From an uncultured Lachnoanaerobaculum sp. (lineage in GTDB: Bacteria; Bacillota; Clostridia; Lachnospirales; Lachnospiraceae), in NCBI GenBank assembly GCA_937925515.1, contig CALALP010000044.1, positions 5,184 to 69,183 of the forward strand: DNA of 64,000 nt. The letters run 5' to 3'. Shown one piece after another: positions 38,274-48,747 of this stretch (position 1 is its first letter; every line of letters begins with the position of its first letter). The notes beneath the pieces are model-generated. The model had not been told where the DNA came from. It did not search any database and saw only the letters and a program-made list of their open reading frames with translations. A program made the position numbers and the translations under genes.

Positions 38274-39155
38274 CTATATAAATATATTAATCATTCCAAG
38301 TATAAAACCTATCAATGCACCTAAGTTTACAATAGTATCAAGTTCTTTTTTCATAATTGACATTACAAGTATTTCAAGTTCATCAATTCCCATGTCATTT
38401 ATTTTACTTTCTACCATTCCATATACATCAATTCCCTCTAAGAACTTATCTACTCCTTGGTTTATGACTTCAGTATAAATATTTGAAATCATTTCTTCTA
38501 TTTTTTCACTACCTAAATCAGTTTTTGAAATAATATCCCAAATAGATTGTGCCTCAATATTAGAAATCTTTTTTTCGACTTCATTTTCAAACATAAGGGG
38601 TGCTTTTATATCTACAAATTTTTTAGTTTCTTCTTTTATAGGCACTGTTATAGTATTTAGAACTTTTTCAGTAAGAAATATCTTAAGCATACTATTTTCT
38701 GTCCTATTTCTGATAGCTTGCTTTGTTTCATCTGAAATTATTTCTTCAAGTTCTATACTTCTTAGTGAGTTCATAAGACTATTGGTGAGATGATTTTTTA
38801 CTCCAAGTCTTATATTCTCATATTCTTCTTCACTTTTTGATACTGAAAGAATATCTTCTTTTATTGTTTTATCGAGATAAACTTTAATTTCCTTAAGTAC
38901 TCTAGCTTTAGCCTCTTTGTCTAAAAGTCTTTCTGTAATGTCCTTTTTAGTAACAAGATTTTTTGAAACAGTTCTTGCAATGGCTCTTGCAAGCCTTGAC
39001 TTTCCCTTTGGAATTGCCCCCGGGGTAAATGGGAGTTTAAAACCAAAAATCCTTATTTCATTTTTAGGTAAAAAAAGCATTTTTACAGCTATAAGGTTTG
39101 TAAAATATCCTATAATTGCTCCTATAAGAGGAGCTGTAATGTATTCAAATTTCAT
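38274..39155 (-). CDS. DUF445/UPF0754-like membrane protein
   Basis: N-terminal TM (LIGAIIGYFTNLIAVKMLF), long helical middle, C-terminal TM. Confidence 0.4.
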   Translation of the reverse strand: MKFEYITAPLIGAIIGYFTNLIAVKMLFLPKNEIRIFGFKLPFTPGAIPKGKSRLARAIARTVSKNLVTKKDITERLLDKEAKARVLKEIKVYLDKTIKEDILSVSKSEEEYENIRLGVKNHLTNSLMNSLRSIELEEIISDETKQAIRNRTENSMLKIFLTEKVLNTITVPIKEETKKFVDIKAPLMFENEVEKKISNIEAQSIWDIISKTDLGSEKIEEMISNIYTEVINQGVDKFLEGIDVYGMVESKINDMGIDELEILVMSIMKKELDTIVNLGALIGFILGMINIFI

Positions 39156-39195
39156 TTATTATTCCTCATAAAGGTATTTAAAATTTAAAGCATAG

Positions 39196-39226
39196 GGTTA
39201 TCCTCGCCGTTGGCGAGGATAACCCC
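39196..39226. repeat. GC-rich palindrome, copy 1 of TCCTCGCCG-NN-GGCGAGGA family
   Basis: GGGTTATCCTCGCCG-TT-GGCGAGGATAACCC; perfect 14-bp stem; intergenic between the MarR and DUF445 genes. Confidence 0.7.
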
Positions 39227-39253
39227 ACAAAACATTTATATAAAACTAAAAAA

Positions 39254-39730
39254 TTACTCTACATCATTATTTTCCATATTTTTAATAACTTGATAAAGTA
39301 AGTTATAAAGTATATCCATTTGCTCTTTTTCTATTCCAAGGCATATAGACATCTTCTTAGGTATGGATAGGGCTTTATCTTTTAAGTCCTCTCCATCCTT
39401 AGTTATACTTACAATAAGTGTTCTTTCATCTTCCTTTGAACGTTCTCTTGTAATATAGCCTTTGCCCTCAAGTTTCTTTAAAACAGGAGTAAGTGTGCCT
39501 GAGTCAAGCATAAGCTCTTCTCCAAGTTCCTTTACATTTACCTTTTTCTTAAACCAAAGCACCATCATAGTGATATATTGAGTATAGGTTAAATCTATTT
39601 CATCTAAAAAAGGTTTATAACGTCTAACTATCTCTTTAGAACAGGCGTACAACGGAAAACATAGTTGGCTTTCAAGTCGTAACACGTCATATTTAGATTC
39701 TTCCTTTATTTCTTCCATTTTCCCCTCCAA
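39254..39730 (-). CDS. MarR-family transcriptional regulator (OhrR-like context)
   Basis: Winged HTH (VKELGEELMLDSGTLTPVLKKLEGKGYITRER); adjacent to gpx-trxB-trxA. Confidence 0.8.
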   Translation of the reverse strand: MEGKMEEIKEESKYDVLRLESQLCFPLYACSKEIVRRYKPFLDEIDLTYTQYITMMVLWFKKKVNVKELGEELMLDSGTLTPVLKKLEGKGYITRERSKEDERTLIVSITKDGEDLKDKALSIPKKMSICLGIEKEQMDILYNLLYQVIKNMENNDVE

Positions 39731-39741
39731 AGAGCAATTTA

Positions 39742-40302
39742 TTACAATAACTCATTTACTTTCTTTTCTATATTTTTTATATTTTCAGTTGGTTCAAATC
39801 TTTCTACAACATTTCCCTCTTTATCTATAAGGAACTTTGTAAAATTCCACCTAATATCTCTATTAGAATCAAATTTAGAATCAGAATCTTTTTTTGCAAG
39901 TTTTCCTAAAATTCCGTTTAATACAGAGGTTAAAGGGTGGCTTGGGTCAAAACCACCAAATCCCTTTTCATTAACCAAATACTTATATAAATCTATTGCA
40001 TTTTCTCCGTTTACCTCCACTTTATCAAACTGTGGAAATGTAACACCAAATCTTGTACTGCAAAACTGAGCTATTTCCTCACTACTTCCCGGAGCTTGAT
40101 TTCCAAATTGGTTACATGGAAAATCTAAAATCTCAAGTCCTTTAGAATTTAGCTTTTCATATAATGCCTGTAATTCCTCATATTGAGGAGTAAATCCACA
40201 TTCTGTAGCTGTATTTACAATAAGTAGTACCTTTCCTTTATACTTTGAAAGCTCTACTTCATTTTGTTTATTATCTTTTACTTTAAAGCTATAAATGCTC
40301 AT
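39742..40302 (-). CDS. Glutathione peroxidase family protein
   Basis: 186 aa; GPx family size and N-terminal region, with Cys in the peroxidatic position (NTATECGFTPQY). Confidence 0.85.
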   Translation of the reverse strand: MSIYSFKVKDNKQNEVELSKYKGKVLLIVNTATECGFTPQYEELQALYEKLNSKGLEILDFPCNQFGNQAPGSSEEIAQFCSTRFGVTFPQFDKVEVNGENAIDLYKYLVNEKGFGGFDPSHPLTSVLNGILGKLAKKDSDSKFDSNRDIRWNFTKFLIDKEGNVVERFEPTENIKNIEKKVNELL

Positions 40303-40367
40303 TTATTAATCTCCATTCTAAACATGAATTTATATATTACTATTAAATCTTAATTATTGCAATATTT

Positions 40368-41288
40368 TTATCCTATATAATCACATGCTGCAAGTGCAGC
40401 TACTGCACCATCAGAGGCGGCAGTTGCAAGTTGCCTTATCTTTTTAGTTCTACAATCTCCTGCAACAAATATTCCCTCATGATTTGTTTTACAATCCTCT
40501 CCTGCAACTATATAACCGGAAGAATCTAATTTAACTAAATGCTCAAAATCTTTATTTTCCGGTGTTTGACCTATGGCAACAAAAAGTCCTGATACATTAA
40601 GAATTCTTTTTTCCTTAGTGTTTTTATCTTCAACCTCTACACCGTCAAGTCCGTCCTCGCCTATAAGCCTACTTATAGTCGCATTAAGTACAAACTCTAC
40701 ATTTTCCTTTGAGCGAAGTATTTTTTCAAGTCTATCTTCTCCCCTAAACTGATCTCTTCTATGGATTATATAGACCTTTTTACAATAATTACTTAAAAAA
40801 ATCGCATCTTCAAGTGCAGTATTTCCACCTCCTGCAACTGCTACCTCTTGATTTTTATAAAATGCTCCGTCGCAAGTAGCACAATAAGATACACCTGCCC
40901 CTATCCATTCACTTTCATGTTCTATTCCAAGAGGTCTATTTTTAGCACCTGTTGCAAGAATAACAGCCTTACACTCATAACTTTGTTTATCTGTATGGAC
41001 AACTTTAAGCTCACCGACAGTTGAATTTTCAAGGGTTATTCCATTTACCTTTTCATATAAAACTTCTACTCCAAGTTCCTTAGCTTGTTCATATATTGCA
41101 TTTGCAAATTCATAACCTGAAATGTGTTTAATTCCCGGATAATTTTCAACTTCAGGAGTATTTACAATCTGTCCTCCATGTGTAAGTGCCTCTAAAACAA
41201 GAACTGTTTTACCTGCTCTTGCAGCATAAATTGCAGCTGAAAGTCCGGCAGTTCCTGCTCCTACTACAATTATATCTACACTTCTCAT
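40368..41288 (-). CDS. trxB: Thioredoxin-disulfide reductase
   Basis: FAD motif GAGTAGLSAA, redox CATCDG, NAD(P) motif GGGNTA. Confidence 0.85.
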   Translation of the reverse strand: MRSVDIIVVGAGTAGLSAAIYAARAGKTVLVLEALTHGGQIVNTPEVENYPGIKHISGYEFANAIYEQAKELGVEVLYEKVNGITLENSTVGELKVVHTDKQSYECKAVILATGAKNRPLGIEHESEWIGAGVSYCATCDGAFYKNQEVAVAGGGNTALEDAIFLSNYCKKVYIIHRRDQFRGEDRLEKILRSKENVEFVLNATISRLIGEDGLDGVEVEDKNTKEKRILNVSGLFVAIGQTPENKDFEHLVKLDSSGYIVAGEDCKTNHEGIFVAGDCRTKKIRQLATAASDGAVAALAACDYIG

Positions 41289-41297
41289 AAAATCTCC

Positions 41298-41609
41298 TTA
41301 CTCATTTACTAATCTAATTACTTCTTCCTTAGGTAACACACCTGTATGCTTATTTACTACTTCGCCGTTTTTAAATACCATAAGTGTAGGAATTGTTCTT
41401 ACCTTAAACTGATTTACAAGTTCAGGTTGTTCATCTGCATTTATCTTACCTACTTTAAAATCATGTTCTTCACTTGCTATTTCTTCAATAATAGGAAGTA
41501 ACATTCTACAAGGACCACACCAACTCGCCCAAAAGTCTACTAATACAGGCTTATCTGATTTTAATACTTCACTTTCAAAATTTTCTAATGTTATATTTAG
41601 TTCTGCCAT
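41298..41609 (-). CDS. trxA: Thioredoxin
   Basis: WCGPC active site; start moved to ATG 41609 (MAELN) preceded by AAGGAG. Confidence 0.85.
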   Translation of the reverse strand: MAELNITLENFESEVLKSDKPVLVDFWASWCGPCRMLLPIIEEIASEEHDFKVGKINADEQPELVNQFKVRTIPTLMVFKNGEVVNKHTGVLPKEEVIRLVNE

Positions 41610-41674
41610 TTCTTTTCTCCTTATCTTAACTCGTTTGACTACTGGATTAATTTTAAACAATTTAATTTTAAATG

Positions 41675-42391
41675 TCAAGAGGTAAAATCTTTTATAATTT
41701 CTCCTGCTATAATTAGACCTGCTACCGAGGGTACAAAAGATATAGAGCCCGGAGTTATTTTTCTGCTATTTGCATTTATTTTAGTACAATTATTATCTAT
41801 TGGTTTTATAGGTTTTTCCTTAGAATAAACCACTTTTAAATTTTTTATTCCATGCTTTTTCAGTTCATTTCTCATTACTCTTGCTAAAGGACATACACTT
41901 GTCTTATAAATATCACTTACTTCAAGCATAGTTGGGTCTAATTTATTACCTGCTCCCATTGCACTTATTATAGGGGTTTTAGATTCAAATGCCTGTAAAA
42001 CTAAAGATATTTTTCCTGTTACAGTATCTATGGCATCTACTACATAATCATATAAGGTAAAATCAAACTTACTTTTATTTTCCGGAAGATAAAAACATTT
42101 ATAAACTTTTACATTACAACTTGGATTAATATCTAAGACTCTTTCTTTCATAACTTCTACCTTTAATTTTCCAAGAGTACTGTTTAAGGCAACTATCTGC
42201 CTATTTAAGTTACTTTTGGCAACTACATCATTATCAATAAGATCAAGATTTCCTATGCCGCATCTTGCAAGTGCCTCAACTACAAAACCACCAACTCCAC
42301 CAATTCCAAATACTGCAACCCTTTTTTTAGCTAAGTTCTCTACATTTTCCTCTCCTAAAAGAAGTGCTGTTCGTATAAATTCTTCTTTCAT
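41675..42391 (-). CDS. tcdA: ThiF/MoeB-family E1-like protein, probable tRNA t6A dehydratase TcdA
   Basis: Rossmann motif GIGGVGG; ~240 aa, typical TcdA size. Confidence 0.65.
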   Translation of the reverse strand: MKEEFIRTALLLGEENVENLAKKRVAVFGIGGVGGFVVEALARCGIGNLDLIDNDVVAKSNLNRQIVALNSTLGKLKVEVMKERVLDINPSCNVKVYKCFYLPENKSKFDFTLYDYVVDAIDTVTGKISLVLQAFESKTPIISAMGAGNKLDPTMLEVSDIYKTSVCPLARVMRNELKKHGIKNLKVVYSKEKPIKPIDNNCTKINANSRKITPGSISFVPSVAGLIIAGEIIKDFTS

Positions 42392-43542
42392 TTTAACCCC
42401 TTTTTCCTAAATTCACTTCCAATATCAACTATAACCTTAATACTATATTTTAAACTGTCAAATATTCCATACTCATATAATCTTAATATAATCATTCCAA
42501 TAGGTATTGCTATTAGCATGCCTGTAAAGCCCTTTAATTTAAAACCTATAAATAAACTTAAAAGAGTTAAGATTCCGGGCATTCCCATATGCTCGCCCAT
42601 CATTTTAGGCTGAAAAATTTGTTTTAAAACCTGTGTTAAAAGATAGGTTATGATAAGCCCTACCCCTACAAAGTAATTTGAACCTATAAACTCCACTATT
42701 GCCCAAGGAATTAGAATAGTTCCTGCACCTACAACAGGTAAATAGTCAAATATTCCAATAAGTATTGCAAGTAAGATTGCCGACTTTATCTTTAAAATAA
42801 AAAAGCAAATTGCTATTATTACCATGACGGCTAAGGATATTTTTATCTGAACTAAAAAATACCCTACTAATATATTTTTAAAATCTTTTTTCATTCTCGA
42901 TACATACTTGGCTAAAAACTTAGGAGTAATTTTATTAAAAAAAATAGATACCCTTTCCTTTTCAACAATGAATATATAAGTTGCCACTATGGTTACAATG
43001 CTATAAACTAAAAGCTTAGGTATAAATGTAGCAATCTTTTTTGCTATCTCTAAAGTTGGAAATGCAAACTCTGAAATTATATTCTTAAACTGCTCAAATG
43101 AACTTGAAAGCATCTCTTTAAATTCATTTTTATGAATTATTGGGAAATGTTCAAGTAATAGCATTATCCTATTTTCCATAGCTTTTATGTCATTTTCCGA
43201 GCTTTTTATAATTTGAGGTAACGACTCAAAAAAGTTTAATGACAAAGAAACTATCAGAGATATTATAAGGTAAATGCATATAAATATTATTGCTAAAACA
43301 AAGACTGAGATAATAATTGAACTATGTTTTCTATGAATATTAATTTTTTTAGATAAGAAATTTACTAAAGGACTTGCAATCAATGAAATAATATACGCAA
43401 GAACAAATGGAAAAAAATAAACTATAACTTTTGGTACAAAAAATATACATATTGATATTCCTAATATGTATAATAAAATATTAAAAATAGCTGAACAAAG
43501 CCTATTTATCATCAAGCCTCCTATTGATTGGGGGTGTTGCAA
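42388..43542 (-). CDS. AI-2E/UPF0118 (PerM-like) family membrane transporter
   Basis: 384 aa with ~8 TM helices; AI-2E-like C-terminal region. Low certainty. Confidence 0.45.
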   Translation of the reverse strand: MQHPQSIGGLMINRLCSAIFNILLYILGISICIFFVPKVIVYFFPFVLAYIISLIASPLVNFLSKKINIHRKHSSIIISVFVLAIIFICIYLIISLIVSLSLNFFESLPQIIKSSENDIKAMENRIMLLLEHFPIIHKNEFKEMLSSSFEQFKNIISEFAFPTLEIAKKIATFIPKLLVYSIVTIVATYIFIVEKERVSIFFNKITPKFLAKYVSRMKKDFKNILVGYFLVQIKISLAVMVIIAICFFILKIKSAILLAILIGIFDYLPVVGAGTILIPWAIVEFIGSNYFVGVGLIITYLLTQVLKQIFQPKMMGEHMGMPGILTLLSLFIGFKLKGFTGMLIAIPIGMIILRLYEYGIFDSLKYSIKVIVDIGSEFRKKGLK

Positions 43543-43571
43543 AATAATTTTGCAACACCCTTAAATTACTA

Positions 43572-44759
43572 CTAATTAAACACTTCCTTAGCCACTTTCT
43601 CAAATGCAAGCAATGACCTCTTTATCATATCTTCACTTACACAATATGAAAGTCTAGCATATCCTGCACAAGCAAATGCAGAACCCGGAACAAGTAAAAT
43701 ATTATATTTCTTACATATCTCACAAAAACTCTTGTCATCATTATTAGGTGCTTTCACAAATAAGTAAAATGCTCCCTGTGGTTTAACTACATCAAATTTA
43801 AGTTCCTTTAAACCATTATATATAAGATTTCTATTTTTAGCATAAAACTCTACATTAACGTCCATATCAAAACACCTGGAAATCGCCCTTTGAATGAGTG
43901 AAGGAGCATTAACACTACCACAACATCTGTTTGCAATAGTTGCAGCAGAAACTATATCCTCACTTTCAGGAATATTGCCAGGCACAAGTAACCAACCGAT
44001 TCTTTCTCCTGCAAGCGAAAAAGATTTAGAATAAGAATAAACTACAACTGCATGCTTTATAAATGTCGGTACCCAAGGAACATAGGTATTATCATATACA
44101 AGTTCTCTATAAGGCTCATCAGATATAGTTAAAATTGTTGTTCCAAGCTCTTTCTCTTTTTGAGTAATTACCTCATCTATTCCCTTTAAAACCTCTTCAC
44201 TATAAACAACACCTGTCGGATTATGAGGGGTATTGATAATTATTGCCTTAGTTTTAGCATTTATAGTTTCTTTTAACTTTTCTAAATCAGGCATAAATGT
44301 CTTTGTATCAGCAGGAATTACTACAAGCTTTCCGTCATAATTAGATACATAATTTCCATATTCCACAAAGTAAGGTGCAAATGTAATCACTTCGTCATCT
44401 TTATCAATTATGGCTTTTAATAAAATGTTTATTGCCATTGCAGCACCTGAAGTCATAATTAAATTAGTTGCTTTATAATCAGTATTATATTTTTTATTAA
44501 GACTTTCTGCTAATTTTTCTCTTACATCTAAATAACCTGCATTTGTCATATAACCATGTACTAAAACAGGGTCTTCCTCTGATAGTACATCTACAATAGC
44601 CTTGTTGATAGCGGCAGGAGCCGGCATATTTGGATTACCAAGACTAAAATCAAACACATTTTTCCTTCCGTAAATCTTAGCTAGGCGATTTCCTTCTTCA
44701 AACATTTTTCTTATTACAGAATTATTACCTAGCATTGCTTTCATTTTCTTTGAAACCAT
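43572..44759 (-). CDS. Pyridoxal-phosphate-dependent aminotransferase, class I/II
   Basis: PLP-lysine region YSYSKSFSLAGERIGW; AAT-like length. Confidence 0.8.
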   Translation of the reverse strand: MVSKKMKAMLGNNSVIRKMFEEGNRLAKIYGRKNVFDFSLGNPNMPAPAAINKAIVDVLSEEDPVLVHGYMTNAGYLDVREKLAESLNKKYNTDYKATNLIMTSGAAMAINILLKAIIDKDDEVITFAPYFVEYGNYVSNYDGKLVVIPADTKTFMPDLEKLKETINAKTKAIIINTPHNPTGVVYSEEVLKGIDEVITQKEKELGTTILTISDEPYRELVYDNTYVPWVPTFIKHAVVVYSYSKSFSLAGERIGWLLVPGNIPESEDIVSAATIANRCCGSVNAPSLIQRAISRCFDMDVNVEFYAKNRNLIYNGLKELKFDVVKPQGAFYLFVKAPNNDDKSFCEICKKYNILLVPGSAFACAGYARLSYCVSEDMIKRSLLAFEKVAKEVFN

Positions 44760-46063
44760 TACAAATACCTCCCATAACTTTGATGTAATTTAACTTTATT
44801 TGTAAAAAAGTAAACCAAGGTGGTTACAACAAGATAAAACCATGTTGTAGGGTTTGAAAACCAAGTTGTAAAAAATGATAATGATAAATATAGTACCATT
44901 TGAGAATAAACTACAACTAAAATAGGATTAGTATATTCTTTTAATTCATTTTCCATAAGATATGAAATCAAACCTAAAACAGCTGAAAATACTGCAACTC
45001 CTATCACCCAGAAATCATAATACGCATCATAAAATAAAGTCAAGGTAGTAAGTTCAGTTTTTGTTACAAATATAGGATAATCCACTAGATTTGGATAGAC
45101 AAACTTCATACCTGATAATGCCCAAACCGGAAAAAGACCTTTCATTCCAAACGCAAACTTATTTAAGTTTACAACAAGGGCATTAAAATTATCATAATTA
45201 TTTGCTACATAGATATATGGCTGACCTACAAAAACAGGCAAGTTATACTTCATTTCAAAAATAGAATTTAAATATTCTATGCCATGACTTCGTGCCACAG
45301 TTAATATTAGATAAACAGGCAAAATACCTATACCTGCAAGGCATAAAACCCATTGACTTCTACCGCGATTAATAACTACATATGAAACTGTTGCAAGCAT
45401 TATTGATAAAATAAACTGAAATCTCGATACACATAATATCGGAATCATTAGTGATATAATATCCAAAATTAAAAACAAAATATATTCAGAATCAATTTCA
45501 TTTTTATAATAAAAGTATACTACTGATATTGCAGGCACTAAAACACATGCCACTGTAAAATAATGTACTCCGGTAATATGAAATGTAGAATATGCATGTG
45601 GTACACCTCTGATAAAAAGAGGCACAAACTTAAGTTTATATACTTCCACAAAAAATGCAATTAGTGAAACTGCTGTAATAGCTATTCCTGAAATCAAAAG
45701 TCTTTTTCTGTTTATTCTGACACCATTTCTCCTTATACTTTTTCTTTCAATTCTACCAAACTCAAATTGGCAAAACTCATAAACTCCCCAAAAAGCTGTA
45801 AAAGCAAGAAAAAATGAAATCCAAGTTGTAATTCTCCAATCTGTTTGAAGATTAGATAGTTTCATGCAAGAAATTCCTTGACCACCTACAAAGCTTAAAG
45901 TAAAAAGCCCTCTTAAGTTTATAAGCATACCTGTTCTTTTATATTCAGAAATAAATATTACTAAAGCCGCTCCTAGTAATACAGCCCCTGAGGCAATGTA
46001 TAAAGAAAACTTTGCCAAAACAAAACTTAATATATATGCAATAATATAAATGTAAATAAACAT
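44759..46063 (-). CDS. Polytopic membrane protein, unknown function
   Basis: 434 aa with more than 10 predicted TM helices; no recognised motif. Confidence 0.3.
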   Translation of the reverse strand: MFIYIYIIAYILSFVLAKFSLYIASGAVLLGAALVIFISEYKRTGMLINLRGLFTLSFVGGQGISCMKLSNLQTDWRITTWISFFLAFTAFWGVYEFCQFEFGRIERKSIRRNGVRINRKRLLISGIAITAVSLIAFFVEVYKLKFVPLFIRGVPHAYSTFHITGVHYFTVACVLVPAISVVYFYYKNEIDSEYILFLILDIISLMIPILCVSRFQFILSIMLATVSYVVINRGRSQWVLCLAGIGILPVYLILTVARSHGIEYLNSIFEMKYNLPVFVGQPYIYVANNYDNFNALVVNLNKFAFGMKGLFPVWALSGMKFVYPNLVDYPIFVTKTELTTLTLFYDAYYDFWVIGVAVFSAVLGLISYLMENELKEYTNPILVVVYSQMVLYLSLSFFTTWFSNPTTWFYLVVTTLVYFFTNKVKLHQSYGRYL

Positions 46064-46074
46064 ATCTCCTCCAG

Positions 46075-46341
46075 CTACACTTCCCCAAAGCCGCTTTCTA
46101 TAAGCTCAGTCAGCTCTTTAAGTGCCTCTTTTTCATCATCTCCAACACATACAAGTTCTATTTCATCGCCAAGCTTAACACAAGCTGACAAAACACTGAG
46201 AACACTTTTAGCATTATAAACTTTATTATTAAAATGAAGTTCTATCCTTGACTTAAACTCAATAGCAGTATTGCAAAATAGACCGGCAGGTCTTAGATGT
46301 AGGCCTGTACTATTTATCATTTTAATTTTCCTCTTTACCAT
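46075..46341 (-). CDS. ptsH: Phosphocarrier protein HPr
   Basis: His15 motif GLHLRPAG and Ser46 region KSVLSVLS. Confidence 0.85.
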   Translation of the reverse strand: MVKRKIKMINSTGLHLRPAGLFCNTAIEFKSRIELHFNNKVYNAKSVLSVLSACVKLGDEIELVCVGDDEKEALKELTELIESGFGEV

Positions 46342-46350
46342 ATATCCTCC

Positions 46351-47895
46351 CTAGTTTTGTTTAGTAGGTGCAAAACTTGAACTTTCAACTTGAGAAACAT
46401 TTGATTGACTTTGTGATTTGGTGTTCTCCGTTGAACTTTGCTGATTTACCTTTGATTCAGTGCTTTCTTTCTTTTCAGTACTCTCTTTTTTCTCAGTACT
46501 TTCTTTCTTTTCAGTACTTTCTTTTTTGGTTGAGTTTTCTGTTTCACTTTGTGTGTCTAAAGTGCTTTGCCTTGACTCACTAGGCTTACTTTCAGATTGC
46601 TTTGTTTCTTGAGTCCTACTTTCAGTTGTAGTTACTTCTTCTGAAACTGTAGTTGTATTTTCTATCTTTTCTTTTACAATTATATCAAATGGACTAATCA
46701 AAGATATTTTTACATTGTCTTTAGGGCTAAAAGTTATGCTTGCAGAGTTTGTGCCTTTTAGCATATTTGAAACATTTACTTTTGCCCCAATATTTCTGGA
46801 ATTAACTCCTGCAACACTTGATTTAAGCCCTGAAACTGTAACAACTATTAAATTAGTAGAAAATTCATAAGTATATTCAGGCTTTTGACCGACAAGGCTT
46901 ATATCTGAAATACTTACATTTAGATTTTGTCTAACCTCTTCTTCTAATCTTATGACTACATTTATAACTGATTCGCCATTTACCTGTATTCCCTCGGGCA
47001 AAAACTGATTTAAGTCAAGCTGAACTGTTTTACTTTCAGATAAGCCGTCTATATTTAACACATCAGCAGGAATATTTATTGAATCAATATTATCAATGCT
47101 ACTTCCCTCTCCATATACTGCCACTGACTTAACATCTGACTCTACACCTATAAACCTATATCCACTTGCAGGAGAACCACTTATATTATATTTAATTTCC
47201 AGGCTCTTTCCCTGAAGTACACTCACTGTATAAGCTACCTCATCTAAACTTGCTTGCACAATGTCTTTATTTATAGCTTTTTTATTTTTCTTTGCATCAT
47301 AAAAAATAATATCTGCTTGCCCCTCTATATTAGAACTTTTGCCGTCTATATTTACCTCTATACCTGCTGAAACTATATCCGAAATCGATGATTCAGGCCC
47401 TTTTAGTCTAACTTTTGACTGCTTGGTACTTATCTTACCTATTGTATATGTAGGTGCAAGCTCTCCCACTATCTTAGTTTCTATATCATATTCTTTTTCT
47501 GTTACATCTTCTACTTCTACATTCACTGAATTTGGAGAGGCAACTACCTCGCCTTGAATAAGTTCTTTATTATTTATTATTTCAAATTCTACCGGAACTA
47601 CACTTGTAAGCTCATAGATTTTCTTAAGATTAATCCAAACCTTAAAGTCCTCACTTGTAATCTTGCCATAATCAAGACTTCTTATAGGTACTTCCAAATA
47701 CATTGGTTCTGAATTTAATAATTTGTAGTACTTTGAGGCATTTTCAAGTATATCTGTATTAATAACTTCAGGTGTTACTTTAATTCTTTTTGTAGTAACA
47801 GGATTAACTATATTCATAACTGTAAGCCAAATTATAAATGAAACTATCAGAGAAAGAAACTTTAAGGGTAAATTATTCATCAATCTTTTTTTCAT
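46351..47895 (-). CDS. cdaR: YbbR-domain protein CdaR (regulator of CdaA) with repetitive S/T/E/K-rich C-terminal tail
   Basis: N-terminal TM, multiple YbbR-like beta domains, immediately downstream of cdaA; tail has TEKKES x4. Start placed at MKKRLMNN (47895) to avoid cdaA overlap. Confidence 0.7.
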   Translation of the reverse strand: MKKRLMNNLPLKFLSLIVSFIIWLTVMNIVNPVTTKRIKVTPEVINTDILENASKYYKLLNSEPMYLEVPIRSLDYGKITSEDFKVWINLKKIYELTSVVPVEFEIINNKELIQGEVVASPNSVNVEVEDVTEKEYDIETKIVGELAPTYTIGKISTKQSKVRLKGPESSISDIVSAGIEVNIDGKSSNIEGQADIIFYDAKKNKKAINKDIVQASLDEVAYTVSVLQGKSLEIKYNISGSPASGYRFIGVESDVKSVAVYGEGSSIDNIDSINIPADVLNIDGLSESKTVQLDLNQFLPEGIQVNGESVINVVIRLEEEVRQNLNVSISDISLVGQKPEYTYEFSTNLIVVTVSGLKSSVAGVNSRNIGAKVNVSNMLKGTNSASITFSPKDNVKISLISPFDIIVKEKIENTTTVSEEVTTTESRTQETKQSESKPSESRQSTLDTQSETENSTKKESTEKKESTEKKESTEKKESTESKVNQQSSTENTKSQSQSNVSQVESSSFAPTKQN

Positions 47896-48727
47896 TTTTC
47901 CCCTTTCCTTTCCACAATGAAAACCAATTTGTGCTAACGGGTTCTTGTACAAGTTTTGATAAAATCTCTCTCAAATCTTCCCTATTATTTATTTTCTTTA
48001 ATGCACCCCTACTGGCAACTGAAACATTACCTGTTTCCTCTGAAACTACTATTGTAAGTGAATCTGTAACTTCACTTATTCCAATAGCCGCTCTATGCCT
48101 TGTGCCTAGAGCCTTACTTATATGTGAATTATCTGAAAGTGGTAAATAACATGTAGCCGACACTATTTTATTACCCCTGACTATGACTGCTCCGTCATGT
48201 AAAGGGGTATTATGTTCAAATATATTTATAAGAAGTTGACTTGAAACTTTACCATTTATTTCTATACCTGTTTTAATGTAATCATCTAATATTTCACTGC
48301 CCTCAATAACAATCAATGCTCCTGTATTTGTTGAACTAAGTGCAAAACTTGCCTTTACAAGATTCTCAATAGACTCCATAGTAAGATTATCTGTTTCTTG
48401 AGAGGGCAAAATTTTCTTTAAAATGTTTCCACTTCCAAGTTGCTCTAAGGCTCTTCTTAATTCAGGTTGAAAAATAATTATAAATGCCACAAATGCAATA
48501 TTAGCAATCTTTGTTAATATCCACATAATGGTACTAAAATTAAATATCATTGCTAATACAGTAAATAATAAAATAGCAATCAAACCTCTAAGTATTACCC
48601 AAGCTCTGGAATTCATAATCCAAAGCAAAATTTCATAAACTATAAAACTTATAATTAAAATCTCTATAACATTGCCTATTTCCATTCTCGGCAATGATGA
48701 TACCCAAGAAGAAATTAAACTTGACAA
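47873..48727 (-). CDS. cdaA: Diadenylate cyclase CdaA
   Basis: Three N-terminal TM helices; DAC-domain motifs (LHDGAVIV, GTRHRAAIGISE). Confidence 0.85.
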   Translation of the reverse strand: MSSLISSWVSSLPRMEIGNVIEILIISFIVYEILLWIMNSRAWVILRGLIAILLFTVLAMIFNFSTIMWILTKIANIAFVAFIIIFQPELRRALEQLGSGNILKKILPSQETDNLTMESIENLVKASFALSSTNTGALIVIEGSEILDDYIKTGIEINGKVSSQLLINIFEHNTPLHDGAVIVRGNKIVSATCYLPLSDNSHISKALGTRHRAAIGISEVTDSLTIVVSEETGNVSVASRGALKKINNREDLREILSKLVQEPVSTNWFSLWKGKGKNEKKIDE

Positions 48728-48747
48728 TTATACACCACCTATTCTAA

